Below are positions 1 through 8,576 of a stretch of DNA of 35,464 bases, one piece after another. Source of the DNA: a virus (Duplodnaviria; Caudoviricetes); the IMG/VR virus record IMGVR_UViG_3300032274_000763, positions 1 to 35,464 of that record. One strand, written 5' to 3'. The position numbers and the translations under genes were made by a program. The notes under the pieces are model-generated. The model was not told the origin of the DNA, made no database searches, and saw only the letters and a list, made by a program, of their open reading frames with translations. Every line of letters begins with the position of its first letter. Positions within the stretch are counted from its first letter, which is position 1.

Positions 1-681
1 TTACGAGACCGGCAGGTCCGGCGACGAAGCCGAAGCCGAGACAGCCCCCAAAGGACTGACATCGGTATCCAGACTGACGGTTACTGACTTGACACGACTG
101 GCTGGGATGTAAGTCAAATGAGCGCGGCCATCAGCATCTGGGACACCTTCTGCGGAGAAGTCAGTTTCAGTACCCTTTGGTGAGATCATGTTAGTCACAT
201 ATATGGCGATGTTGCCATCCACATCTACATCCAAGGGACCCAAAGGCAACCCTTCCGGGATGATCTCCAGATGACTTTCGAACACCACGTCATCATCACG
301 GGTGACAGAGATATATGCCCACTCTTCGTTTTCGTGGATAATATGAGCCCAAGTTGACGGATAAAAATTCTCTCTGGTCACCTTGGCCTTGCGAAGAGCT
401 TTTACCGCAATATTGAGGCCGAATTTCCGCCAGATTCCTGCGGTGCTCACAGAGGCAAGAATTGATGCTGTAATTGATGCCCAAACTGGAAAATCCCACA
501 TCAGTATGTAAACAATATAGGCAACCAGGCCATAAGCCAGAACTTGGAATATGGTATCTGCTGGTTTGTGGTTTCCATCCAATCCAGTCGTGGCAATTCG
601 ATAGGCCAGATACCCGGACACCAGAACGAGTTGAACCTCGAACGGCAGTTTGATCAGTCCTTCTATTTCATTGGCAGACAT
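1..681 (-). CDS. Membrane protein, DUF6338-like (accessory moron)
   Basis: 226 aa; about 3 N-terminal hydrophobic helices, a STW motif, then a beta-rich domain ending YIPASRVKSV; RBS AAGGAG; visibly more AT-rich than the tail genes. Confidence 0.65.
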   Translation of the reverse strand: MSANEIEGLIKLPFEVQLVLVSGYLAYRIATTGLDGNHKPADTIFQVLAYGLVAYIVYILMWDFPVWASITASILASVSTAGIWRKFGLNIAVKALRKAKVTRENFYPSTWAHIIHENEEWAYISVTRDDDVVFESHLEIIPEGLPLGPLDVDVDGNIAIYVTNMISPKGTETDFSAEGVPDADGRAHLTYIPASRVKSVTVSLDTDVSPLGAVSASASSPDLPVS

Positions 682-729
682 TAGTTTCTCTCCTTCTGTG
701 ATGATCTCATGATTTATTGATGTATGCCA

Positions 730-1542
730 TCATGATTCTCGTCCCGAAATTATCACTTCTCCCACCTTCTTCGCTCCGGCTTTGGCGATCGAATACGTCG
801 TTTCGACCGCCTCCATATCGAAGTCCTGGAAGATGTCGCGGACTTCCGGGGTGTCGTTGAGGCTCATCAGGAAGCGGCCCTTTATCCTGGATAAGATTGT
901 TGCCAGGCGGGAGAAGTCTTCACGTTTGAACAGTTCACGGCCGTAATCGGATTCGCAGCCGTAATAGGGTGGATCCAGATAGAACAGGGTCATCGGTTTG
1001 TCGTGACGTTCGATGAATTCGCCGAAGTCCAGGCATTCGATCACCACACCCGACAGCCGGTCATGAAGGGCATCGAGCATGGGGCCCAGTTTGTTGAGAT
1101 CAAACCGGCCTGGACGGTCGGCCGAGACGCCGAAATTGACGCCGGAGACCTTGCCGCCGAAGGCTGTTCTCTGCAGATACAGGAACCGCCCGGCACGCTC
1201 CAGATCAGTCAGGGTCGACGGATCGGTCCTGACCAGGCGCTCGAACTCCTTTCGCGATGTGATCTGGAATTTGAGCGTGTCCATGAACTGCGGGTAATGG
1301 CGCTGCAGTATCCGGAAGAAGGTGGCCACTTCGCCGTTGAAATCATTGATGACCTCAGCTTTCGGCTTGCGGGTGCGTTTCACGAACACTCCACCCATGC
1401 CGACGAACGGTTCAGCGTAGGTGATATGCGGAATGGCGCTGATCTTATCGACCAGGCGTTTGGCTAGGTTGCGTTTGCCGCCAATGTACGGAGCGGCGGG
1501 CAGGACCGGATCAACCGGTTGTAATTCGTCAGGACTCGACAC
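730..1542 (-). CDS. DNA adenine N6-methyltransferase (Dam/D12 class) in the mom position
   Basis: PYIGGKR, SAM-binding YAEPFVGMGGVF, EVIND and catalytic YLDPPY motifs; GTG start. Confidence 0.95.
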   Translation of the reverse strand: MSSPDELQPVDPVLPAAPYIGGKRNLAKRLVDKISAIPHITYAEPFVGMGGVFVKRTRKPKAEVINDFNGEVATFFRILQRHYPQFMDTLKFQITSRKEFERLVRTDPSTLTDLERAGRFLYLQRTAFGGKVSGVNFGVSADRPGRFDLNKLGPMLDALHDRLSGVVIECLDFGEFIERHDKPMTLFYLDPPYYGCESDYGRELFKREDFSRLATILSRIKGRFLMSLNDTPEVRDIFQDFDMEAVETTYSIAKAGAKKVGEVIISGRES

Positions 1543-1566
1543 GTGAGGCCCCCTAAGTCAAAGTCT

Positions 1567-1672
1567 CCCCGCCTGTGATCGCAGGTGGCGGGACGGCCTG
1601 AATGAGGCCGATGATGGTCGTGAGGGCTTGTACCCCTCGGTTCGGGCTGTTAGCGCAGCCCGGCCCCCGCCC
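1567..1672. ncRNA. Structured cloverleaf RNA resembling phage C4 antisense-type motifs
   Basis: Closing stem GGCGGG(1587-1592)/CCCGCC(1666-1671) encloses hairpins CGGCCT/AGGCCG, GAGGG/CCCTC and CGGGCTG-TTAGCG-CAGCCCG; family assignment by resemblance only, strand unresolved. Confidence 0.6.
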
Positions 1673-1727
1673 GGTCAATTCCGGAGATGAGGGAAACTGA
1701 ATGTCAAATGAAGACCCGCTGAAAAAT

Positions 1728-1853
1728 TTAGCCGCCAACTGACACGCCGTCGAAAAATTTATGCGCCATCGCGTCTATCCGTTGCCGAAGAAATATTTCT
1801 CTCTCAATACATCGTTGCAACATTCTCCTGGCCGGATCGTCTTCAGGTTTCAT
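1728..1853 (-). CDS. Small hypothetical protein (41 aa), not in the ORF track
   Basis: Hand translation MKPEDDPARRMLQRCIEREIFLRQRIDAMAHKFFDGVSVGG; starts 8 nt after the thermonuclease stop. Confidence 0.4.
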   Translation of the reverse strand: MKPEDDPARRMLQRCIEREIFLRQRIDAMAHKFFDGVSVGG

Positions 1854-1861
1854 CTTTTGTC

Positions 1862-2233
1862 TCAAAACCACGCCTCCCGCTTGCCGCCGTCATAGGCCCT
1901 GGCATGGCCCGCATCGATCATCGTCCGGGACAGCGGCCGGTTGTCCATCAGCAGCACGACGGCGTCGACGCGGCCGCCGTATTTGTCGTCGCTGATCCGG
2001 GTCAGTTGAACGCGCTCGCCGATCAGGGTCTTGAGGTAATCTCGGGCGTCCCGCGCCAGTTGGCGTTCACGCGGGTCGCGGCTTCTGATCTCCGGCGTAT
2101 CGAAGCCCAGGCAGCGCACCCTGCGCCTCATGTGAACACCCGGCCAGACATTGACGTCGACGGTGAAGGTATCGCCGTCATAGACATCCGTGACGATCGC
2201 CAATAAAGGGCCGGGGATGATGTCTTTACTCAT
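1862..2233 (-). CDS. Thermonuclease (SNase-like)
   Basis: VYDGDTF, RVRCLGFDTPE, DKYGGR and GHARAY motifs; start placed at MSKDII after a GAGGA RBS (ORF extends to 2290). Confidence 0.92.
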   Translation of the reverse strand: MSKDIIPGPLLAIVTDVYDGDTFTVDVNVWPGVHMRRRVRCLGFDTPEIRSRDPRERQLARDARDYLKTLIGERVQLTRISDDKYGGRVDAVVLLMDNRPLSRTMIDAGHARAYDGGKREAWF

Positions 2234-2267
2234 TGAGTCCGATTCCTCTTCTCCATATCGCGCCCGC

Positions 2268-3242
2268 TCATCTCTTTTTGACCTCCGCATTGATGGAGGT
2301 AACGAAACCCGCCGCCGTCATCTCATGGGTCACCTTGTTCATGACCCACTCCGCTGTATCGACGGCGGGATGCAGCCCGGCAACGCGCAATGCCGTTTCG
2401 GCGCTGGCGCCGGGCAGTCCGGAAACCGTCACCTCCAGGGTCGCCGCGCCCCGCGCCAGCGCCGCCAGTTTCGCCCTGGCGGCGGCGGCGGCCTGATCGG
2501 CGTCCGCATAACTGTGGCGCAGGGTATAGGCCGGATCGCCGGACCCGGCGGTGACAAACACATCCGCATTCGCCGCCGTGTCCCGCCAGCGCGCCCGCAC
2601 CGCCTGATACCGGCTGCGGTCGATCGATGAATAGCGCCAATTCAGCATGTCGGCGACATCGAGGATGACCGGCGGTTTGATCAACCCGGAAAAGGTCTTC
2701 GGATCATCCTTTTCCCGGAACAGCAAAAAGCCGTTCGCCGGTTTGAAGATGGCCCCATGCTCCAGCGCCAGGCGGGTCAGGAAGTGCATGTCGCTTTCTT
2801 CCGTCTGATCGATGTGGCTGATCAGCACCGACGCCAGCGGTTCCTTAACCAGCGCCTTGTAGAGATTGTTGCCGGCGATTTCCTGGACGATCTCGCCAAT
2901 CGTCAGCCCGTGCCAGGACTGGCTGCGCGGCGCCTTCAGCATTTTTCGCATGTTGGCGGCCTTGGAACGAATGGTCAGCTGCCGGGGCGGCCCGCTCAGT
3001 TCGACCTCGTCAACCGTATAGGTGCCGGTAAAAACGGTCTCCCGGTTCTCATACCCGAGCGTGATTGACAACAGCGTTTGTTTTGTTGGAACGGACAGGC
3101 TGTTGTCCCGATTGTCGAGTTTGAACTCGGCCCTGTCGGACCGAAAACCCGCTTCATCGGTCACCCGCAGCCCGATCAGCCGGTCCGCCAGCACGCGGGT
3201 GATGTCGTTTCCATTTGCCTTGCACGTGAAAATAGGCTTCAA
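2268..3242 (-). CDS. Phage late control/tail hub protein, P2 gpD family
   Basis: LRVTDEAGFRSD and HIDQTEESDMHFLTRLA motifs; TTG start with GGAGG RBS; last gene of the tail module. Confidence 0.92.
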   Translation of the reverse strand: MKPIFTCKANGNDITRVLADRLIGLRVTDEAGFRSDRAEFKLDNRDNSLSVPTKQTLLSITLGYENRETVFTGTYTVDEVELSGPPRQLTIRSKAANMRKMLKAPRSQSWHGLTIGEIVQEIAGNNLYKALVKEPLASVLISHIDQTEESDMHFLTRLALEHGAIFKPANGFLLFREKDDPKTFSGLIKPPVILDVADMLNWRYSSIDRSRYQAVRARWRDTAANADVFVTAGSGDPAYTLRHSYADADQAAAAARAKLAALARGAATLEVTVSGLPGASAETALRVAGLHPAVDTAEWVMNKVTHEMTAAGFVTSINAEVKKR

Positions 3243-3268
3243 AAGACCCTCCCCGGTATAAGGAGACC

Positions 3269-3613
3269 GTGATGCCCCGCGTGATGTCCCGTTTGTTGTT
3301 CATTGGTTTTGTCATGCTGTCTGGCGCCGCCGCCAATGCGGGCGGGTATTGGAAATGGTATGAAAAGGCCCAGGCCGCTGATCAGTGGAATCTCTTGAGT
3401 CACCTCAAAACAAGCAGAAAAAATGCAAAAGATTCTGCTGAAGGCAGATGTGCACTGAGGCATCGGGGGCCATACTACGGGTTTTCCCATTCCATGAAGA
3501 TTGTTTCTCCGGCTGGCGAAGAAACCATCATCGACTGCGCCGACATCAGAAAGAAGTGGGGCGTTGATGACAAACCACTCGCGAAGGTTAACGGCAAAAA
3601 ACCCATCTGGTAG
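3269..3613 (+). CDS. Small secreted/periplasmic hypothetical protein, antisense within the tail operon
   Basis: AAGGAG RBS; signal peptide ending AAANA; two Cys; exactly fills the gap between gpD and gpX. Confidence 0.75.
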   Translation: MMPRVMSRLLFIGFVMLSGAAANAGGYWKWYEKAQAADQWNLLSHLKTSRKNAKDSAEGRCALRHRGPYYGFSHSMKIVSPAGEETIIDCADIRKKWGVDDKPLAKVNGKKPIW

Positions 3614-3615
3614 TC

Positions 3616-3819
3616 TCAGTCCCATATCTGAATGACCTTTGCTTCCGGCGTTGACAGCGCTGGCAGGTCAATGATCAACCCGGCCGCAAACACCGGCCCC
3701 TTGTCGGCCAGCCCCCGGTTCGCCTCCAGCACCGCCTCGACGGCCTCCGATTGTCGGCCGTAGTGGCGATAGCAGATCATGTCGAGCATGTCGCCGTCGC
3801 GCGTCTGATATCTAGCCAT
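3616..3819 (-). CDS. Tail protein X (P2 gpX family)
   Basis: MARYQTRDGDMLDMICYRHYG...VLEANRGLA...IQIWD; true start at 3819 overlaps the gpU stop. Confidence 0.93.
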   Translation of the reverse strand: MARYQTRDGDMLDMICYRHYGRQSEAVEAVLEANRGLADKGPVFAAGLIIDLPALSTPEAKVIQIWD

Positions 3820-4219
3820 GCGCCGCGTCCTCTCCGTATTTGACCAGGTCGACCGAGAACTCGATCTTTCGCGGCGCGCCATTGGCCAGCGTCCGCGATT
3901 GAGTCTCTTGGATCTGTTTGATGCAGTATGCGCCCCAGACCTTGCCAAGCCCGTCGACCAGGTTAAGCGGCTCGCCTTTTCCGGCTTCTTCACGTATCCG
4001 ATCGATCTGCCCGAGGCCACCCTTATAATGGGGTAGGATCACGCCTGGCAACTGCACGGAGGTGACGCCTGGCCCGAGGTACTGGTGTGCCGGTTCACGG
4101 CCCAGACGGGCCTGTTCCTGCCAGCGCCATGTATCTGTCCTGGACAGGGTCTCATAGGCGGCCGTCTCTACCGAAAACCGGTATTCGCCAAGCGCCAGCA
4201 TCACCTCAGTCATGGACAT
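3812..4219 (-). CDS. Tail protein, P2 gpU family
   Basis: MLALGEYRFS, WRWQEQARLGREPAHQYLGPG, G-x-PRKIEFSVDL motifs; follows tape measure. Confidence 0.92.
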   Translation of the reverse strand: MSMTEVMLALGEYRFSVETAAYETLSRTDTWRWQEQARLGREPAHQYLGPGVTSVQLPGVILPHYKGGLGQIDRIREEAGKGEPLNLVDGLGKVWGAYCIKQIQETQSRTLANGAPRKIEFSVDLVKYGEDAAHG

Positions 4220-6170
4220 TGGCCCTTTGCTGACGTTCGAGAAGGCGGGCGACTTCCTGGGCGATCTCCTCGGGGCTCTGACCAGGTGCCGGGTTCACGA
4301 CGATGCTGACCGATGCCGGAGGCTGCGCAGATCCGGGCGATGCTGAAGCCGGTGACGCGGCGATCGCGGATCCGACAACAACGGCCCCGGCTGCCTTTTT
4401 GGCCGGTTCAACGATTTGCGATATCTTTTCGGAAATGCCGGGACCGTCACCACCGCCGAATATCTTGCTGATAAACTCAAACGGTGCCGAAATCTTGTCC
4501 CATATCCGGGCGACCCAATCGGCGAACTTCTCCCAATAAGGCCGGATCGGCTCCCAGATCTTGAGGAAGAACCCTCTGACCTTGTCCCAGTTGGCAATGA
4601 CGAGCCCGGCTGCGATCGACAATGCGGTGACAGCCAGCCCGATCGGCGTGGTGGCCAGGGCGAGCCCAACGGCCCGAATGCCGGTCAGGACAGCCGGGAT
4701 CGCCGTTCCCGCAAACTTCATGGCCGTGGCCGCCATCCCGAGCAGGCTCATTTTGCCGCCGATCAGACCAGCAGAGAACAGCAAGCTGGCAAACCTACCG
4801 GCTAACAGAGCCGCACGAAGCACAGCCAACCCGGCGATGGTGACGCCGATCGCCGCCGTTGTGTCGGGGAACTGCTCGGCCAGATTGGCAACGGTTAAGA
4901 GGATCGCCGAGGCGGGTTCCAGAACAGCGTTGACGGCGGGTAACAGGGCCTTGCCGAAACTGTCGGCGGTCAGGTTGATAACCTTGATGAACCGGTTCCA
5001 CTGACCGAGTGAGCCATCGGTGAAGGTCTTGGCGCTTTCGTCGACCAGATTCCTGGACCCTTCGACAACATCTTCCTGTGCCGCCCTCAGATCCTTCAGC
5101 TTGGCCAGAAGCGGAACCAGGCCGACCTTGCCTTCATCACCGAAGGTTTTCTGGATGGCCGCGTTTTTTTCGTCGAGATCGTCGTAAATTGAGAGTGAGT
5201 CCTCCAGCTCCTGAAGGGTGCCGATGAAGTCCATCTGGCCGTCCGCCATACGGACAATATCAAACCCGTATTCCTTGGCGGCCTTGCTGAGGTTGCGCTC
5301 AACGGCGGCGAATGCCGTACCGGCTCGACTTCCCGTCACTTGGGCGCTGTTCAGGGTGCCGATAACGGTGACCAGCTGCTCGATCGGAATCTTGGCCGAT
5401 GCTGCTGACGCGGCGGAAAACGACAGACCTTCCCCCAGCTGACCAAAGTCCCGAATCTGGAACTTGAACTGGGTCTTGGTCAGCAGCTCGCCGATGCGTT
5501 TGAGTTTCTCCTCCGTCGTACCGGTCATGTTTTCAGCCAGGTTGTTGTACGTCCCGGCGATCACCTCTCCGACCTGTTCAGGCGTTCCGGACGTGATCTT
5601 GGCGACCTTGGCGACAACCGAAGAGGCGGACGCCGCGACCCTGGCATCGAGGCCGGAGGAATTCAGCGCATACTGGATATCAAACGCTTCAATCAGCCCC
5701 ACAAGACCGGTGCTGGCCACCTGTCTGGCGGTGGCGCGGGCGGACGCCAGGGCGGCCTCCTTGTCACTGGCATTAAGCACGGTGCTCAGGCGGATTTCGG
5801 CTTCTTCGGTTTGTGCGGCCGTAACGGCCGGAGCAGCCGCGATAGCCGCGCCTGCAGCCACGCCCAGGACTTTTGATTTCAGTTTTGAACGTTTGGCGGC
5901 ATTGGCATCGAGCTTTTTCTGAAGCCGATTGATAACCTTCAGACGGAACTCCTGATCCTTGAGTGCCCGGTTGGCGCGCCGGACCGCTTTCTCCATGCGC
6001 CCGAACCCTGCACCACGCTGAGCGGTTCTCTCCATCTTATTGAGTTTGCCCTGGGTACGCTCGACCGTTTGGCCCAATTTGGAAACGGTCTTAGCCGCCC
6101 CTTTGCCGGGTTTGGAGAGACGGTCAACCGCCTGAAGCAGGACGGATATGACAAGATTGGGTGTACTCAT
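4206..6170 (-). CDS. Tail tape measure protein
   Basis: 654 aa, Ala/Gly-rich helical; GSRAGTAF core, hydrophobic segment, ANWDKV Trp repeats; follows the chaperone genes. Confidence 0.92.
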   Translation of the reverse strand: MSTPNLVISVLLQAVDRLSKPGKGAAKTVSKLGQTVERTQGKLNKMERTAQRGAGFGRMEKAVRRANRALKDQEFRLKVINRLQKKLDANAAKRSKLKSKVLGVAAGAAIAAAPAVTAAQTEEAEIRLSTVLNASDKEAALASARATARQVASTGLVGLIEAFDIQYALNSSGLDARVAASASSVVAKVAKITSGTPEQVGEVIAGTYNNLAENMTGTTEEKLKRIGELLTKTQFKFQIRDFGQLGEGLSFSAASAASAKIPIEQLVTVIGTLNSAQVTGSRAGTAFAAVERNLSKAAKEYGFDIVRMADGQMDFIGTLQELEDSLSIYDDLDEKNAAIQKTFGDEGKVGLVPLLAKLKDLRAAQEDVVEGSRNLVDESAKTFTDGSLGQWNRFIKVINLTADSFGKALLPAVNAVLEPASAILLTVANLAEQFPDTTAAIGVTIAGLAVLRAALLAGRFASLLFSAGLIGGKMSLLGMAATAMKFAGTAIPAVLTGIRAVGLALATTPIGLAVTALSIAAGLVIANWDKVRGFFLKIWEPIRPYWEKFADWVARIWDKISAPFEFISKIFGGGDGPGISEKISQIVEPAKKAAGAVVVGSAIAASPASASPGSAQPPASVSIVVNPAPGQSPEEIAQEVARLLERQQRANVHD

Positions 6171-6307
6171 GATCGCCTTTTGTCCTGCATGTCCTGGAGA
6201 AGATCACGCCCCCTCCACCACCATTCCAAAAATTCTTCCATATCGAGTTTCCAGATATCAGACGGTGGCCATCCGAAGGCGGCGGAGATGTCCTGCGCCG
6301 CGTCCAT
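6167..6307 (-). CDS. GpE'-like tail chaperone extension (46 aa), not in the ORF track
   Basis: Hand translation MDAAQDISAAFGWPPSDIWKLDMEEFLEWWWRGRDLLQDMQDKRRS; FGWPPS motif; TAATG and ATGA overlaps; lies in the -1 frame of the chaperone. Confidence 0.85.
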   Translation of the reverse strand: MDAAQDISAAFGWPPSDIWKLDMEEFLEWWWRGRDLLQDMQDKRRS

Positions 6308-6624
6308 TACGTCGGCGGGGAGCTTGTGCCCTCCACTGGCGAGTCGGTAAAAAAATCCGAAATGCGAGCCGCCAATACGCCGAAATCAAATGGGTCGAGA
6401 TCCGCCACCTGTGCCTCGGAAAGAATTGGGGTTGTGATACGAGGGATCAGTTTGATCATGGCGGTGACATCCATCGAGATGACCTGCGTCAGATTGAGAC
6501 CGCGCAGTTCCCCTGGAGAAGGTCGATGGAGCCGCAGGGTCTTGATTTCTTTTTTGCTGTCACCTTCGCCTTCGATGATGGGAACGGCCAACGGACAATC
6601 GACCATCTTTTTGATTTTCGACAT
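6307..6624 (-). CDS. Tail assembly chaperone (P2 gpE / Mu gp41-like)
   Basis: LRLHRPSPGELRGLNL, LIPRITTP and LDPFDF motifs; between tube and tape measure. Confidence 0.9.
   Translation of the reverse strand: MSKIKKMVDCPLAVPIIEGEGDSKKEIKTLRLHRPSPGELRGLNLTQVISMDVTAMIKLIPRITTPILSEAQVADLDPFDFGVLAARISDFFTDSPVEGTSSPPT
6349..6355 (-). other. Programmed -1 frameshift slippery site (T7)
   Basis: GAT TTT TTT ACC near the chaperone 3' end; the -1 frame is open through to the E' ORF. Confidence 0.8.
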
Positions 6625-6634
6625 AGATTACCTC

Positions 6635-7123
6635 CTATAGGCCAAGGGCTTTTTTCATGCCCGCTGCGTGATCAACGCCGCCCGACTTGAAGACCATGTT
6701 CTCCATGTCGATCTCGACGACGTCGGCACCGGCGACGGTCATCTTGTAGTAGCTGGCGGTGAAGGCGATTTTCAGCTGACCCTTCTCGGCAGCCTTCAGG
6801 CCACCCTGGTCGATTTCTCGTAAAAGCGCACGAGTCTCAACCTTGATGGCTTCATTGTCGGCACCCTGCGCGCCCCGGAAAGAAACCGGCAGATCGTTAT
6901 GGCCGAACTTACCCATGACGGCGGGATTGTATTCCGCCAGGGTGATTTCGAATTCCATCTTCTCGACGGAACCCATGGGGATATCAACGGCCCCGATCAT
7001 GCCACCGCCCTGGAACTCTTCGACCTTCATGGCCAGCTTTGGCGGCGTGCCTTCCTCGACGATCCCGGCATAGCCGACACCATCGATAAAGACCGTGAAA
7101 TTTTTTAGCGTCTTGGGAAGCAT
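6635..7123 (-). CDS. Major tail tube protein (P2 FII family)
   Basis: LPKTLKNFTVFIDGVGYAG, PKL...EEFQGGGMIG, EIDMENM motifs. Confidence 0.93.
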   Translation of the reverse strand: MLPKTLKNFTVFIDGVGYAGIVEEGTPPKLAMKVEEFQGGGMIGAVDIPMGSVEKMEFEITLAEYNPAVMGKFGHNDLPVSFRGAQGADNEAIKVETRALLREIDQGGLKAAEKGQLKIAFTASYYKMTVAGADVVEIDMENMVFKSGGVDHAAGMKKALGL

Positions 7124-7147
7124 TATCGTATCTCCTTATTTAGGATA

Positions 7148-8560
7148 TCAGGCGGCGGCGTCAGCCACTTGTGCGACCAGTTCTTCGTAGTAACCGGCGT
7201 TACGGTGTGCCCTGAAGGTCAGATGCTCCAGCGGTGCCGGAGGTTCGATATCGAAATCGATATAGAGTTTCCCGGCCTGCAGTTCGGTTGCCGTATTCAG
7301 TTCGGCATCCAGCCAGGCTTTACCGCCAAGGATCGCGCCCACGGTTACAAGGTGCCGTAAATAGGCATTAACCGACCCTTCAATGTCTTCGAGAAGCTGT
7401 TGCGAGAACGGTCGGTCCATGGCCCAAAGGAAGGCCTGTTCGATGGACTCGTAAACCATGTCGGCGGTTCTGCGGACACTGAGGAAAGCCCAGAGCGGAT
7501 CCGCTGAACAGGTGCGGTTCCCCCACAAACGATAGCCGTCCTGTTGAATGATCGTCGTGACCTCGTTTTCATTGAGGTAATTGGCGATTGAGTTCGGGTC
7601 AGACATGTTGAAGTCGATCGGGCGGGCAATACCAACAACGCCGTTGAGAACTTGGTTGGATGGGGACCACCAAAATCCGCGTTCGTTATCCAATCTTGCA
7701 ATTAGTCCCGCAACACGAGCACTGGCTGGTTGAACGACTGCGGAACTGGAAACCGTATCCCAGACTGTAACGTGTGGGTCGACTACGAAGATACGATCCG
7801 ACCCCCAGTCTTCACGATCCGTGATGGCAGCCGCGTCAGTAGTGTTTGGTCCATCCTTAACTGCGATTGCTCGCAGACGACTGATGATGCCCTGCAACTC
7901 GGCGACAACCGGGTTTGCGACAGCGCCGGTGGTCGCGGTGGCCGCGCCGAGCGTTCCGTCTCCCGTGATGGTGACAGTCGGATCGGCAGTATAACCAAAT
8001 CCGGCCTTGGTGATTGTAATGGCGGTGATGACGCCTGCGGTGATGACGGCCGTGGCTTCAACTCCGGATCCGCCGCCGCCACTGAAGGCAACCGTGGCAC
8101 TGGTGTACCCACTTCCGCCGTTGCCGATAGTAACCTGGTTAACTCCGACTGGACGCAGGCTGGTAAAGCCGGGTGCGATCAGGATTCGGGGCGTCACCTT
8201 GACGGAGGATTGCGCCTTCAATAACGCATGAACACCGGTTTTGGTCGTTCCGTCTCCGATAACGTTGGAGAGTGTGACGTTGGTATCGGCGTCATCATCA
8301 ACACGGATGACGACAACCATTGCGCCGACCTGATCGAAGATACCGTCGACGGCATCCTTCAGGGTGCCGGTTGCACCGAGCTTCGCGGCTTCACGCTGCG
8401 TCCCGGCCAGCAGAACCGGCGTATTCAGCGGAAACGCAACCGCATCGGCCAGGGGAGCCGTGCCGACCAGCCCGATAACACTGGATTTGACTGTGCGAAT
8501 GGGGCGAATTCCATCATCGATCTCGATGACTTCAACGCCGTGTAGAAACTGCTCTGGCAT
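7148..8560 (-). CDS. Tail sheath protein (P2 FI family) with a ~74-aa insertion
   Basis: Start MPEQFLHGVEV; PRILIAPGF, GFWWSPSN and GYRLWGNRT motifs; ORF-track start at 8803 is over-extended. Confidence 0.95.
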   Translation of the reverse strand: MPEQFLHGVEVIEIDDGIRPIRTVKSSVIGLVGTAPLADAVAFPLNTPVLLAGTQREAAKLGATGTLKDAVDGIFDQVGAMVVVIRVDDDADTNVTLSNVIGDGTTKTGVHALLKAQSSVKVTPRILIAPGFTSLRPVGVNQVTIGNGGSGYTSATVAFSGGGGSGVEATAVITAGVITAITITKAGFGYTADPTVTITGDGTLGAATATTGAVANPVVAELQGIISRLRAIAVKDGPNTTDAAAITDREDWGSDRIFVVDPHVTVWDTVSSSAVVQPASARVAGLIARLDNERGFWWSPSNQVLNGVVGIARPIDFNMSDPNSIANYLNENEVTTIIQQDGYRLWGNRTCSADPLWAFLSVRRTADMVYESIEQAFLWAMDRPFSQQLLEDIEGSVNAYLRHLVTVGAILGGKAWLDAELNTATELQAGKLYIDFDIEPPAPLEHLTFRAHRNAGYYEELVAQVADAAA

Positions 8561-8576
8561 GACTATTCCTTTCTGA

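Noticed and set aside
1553-1738. 61-aa minus-strand ORF as Com
   Set aside because: No CxxC...CxxC zinc finger, TTG start, and it runs across the structured RNA element
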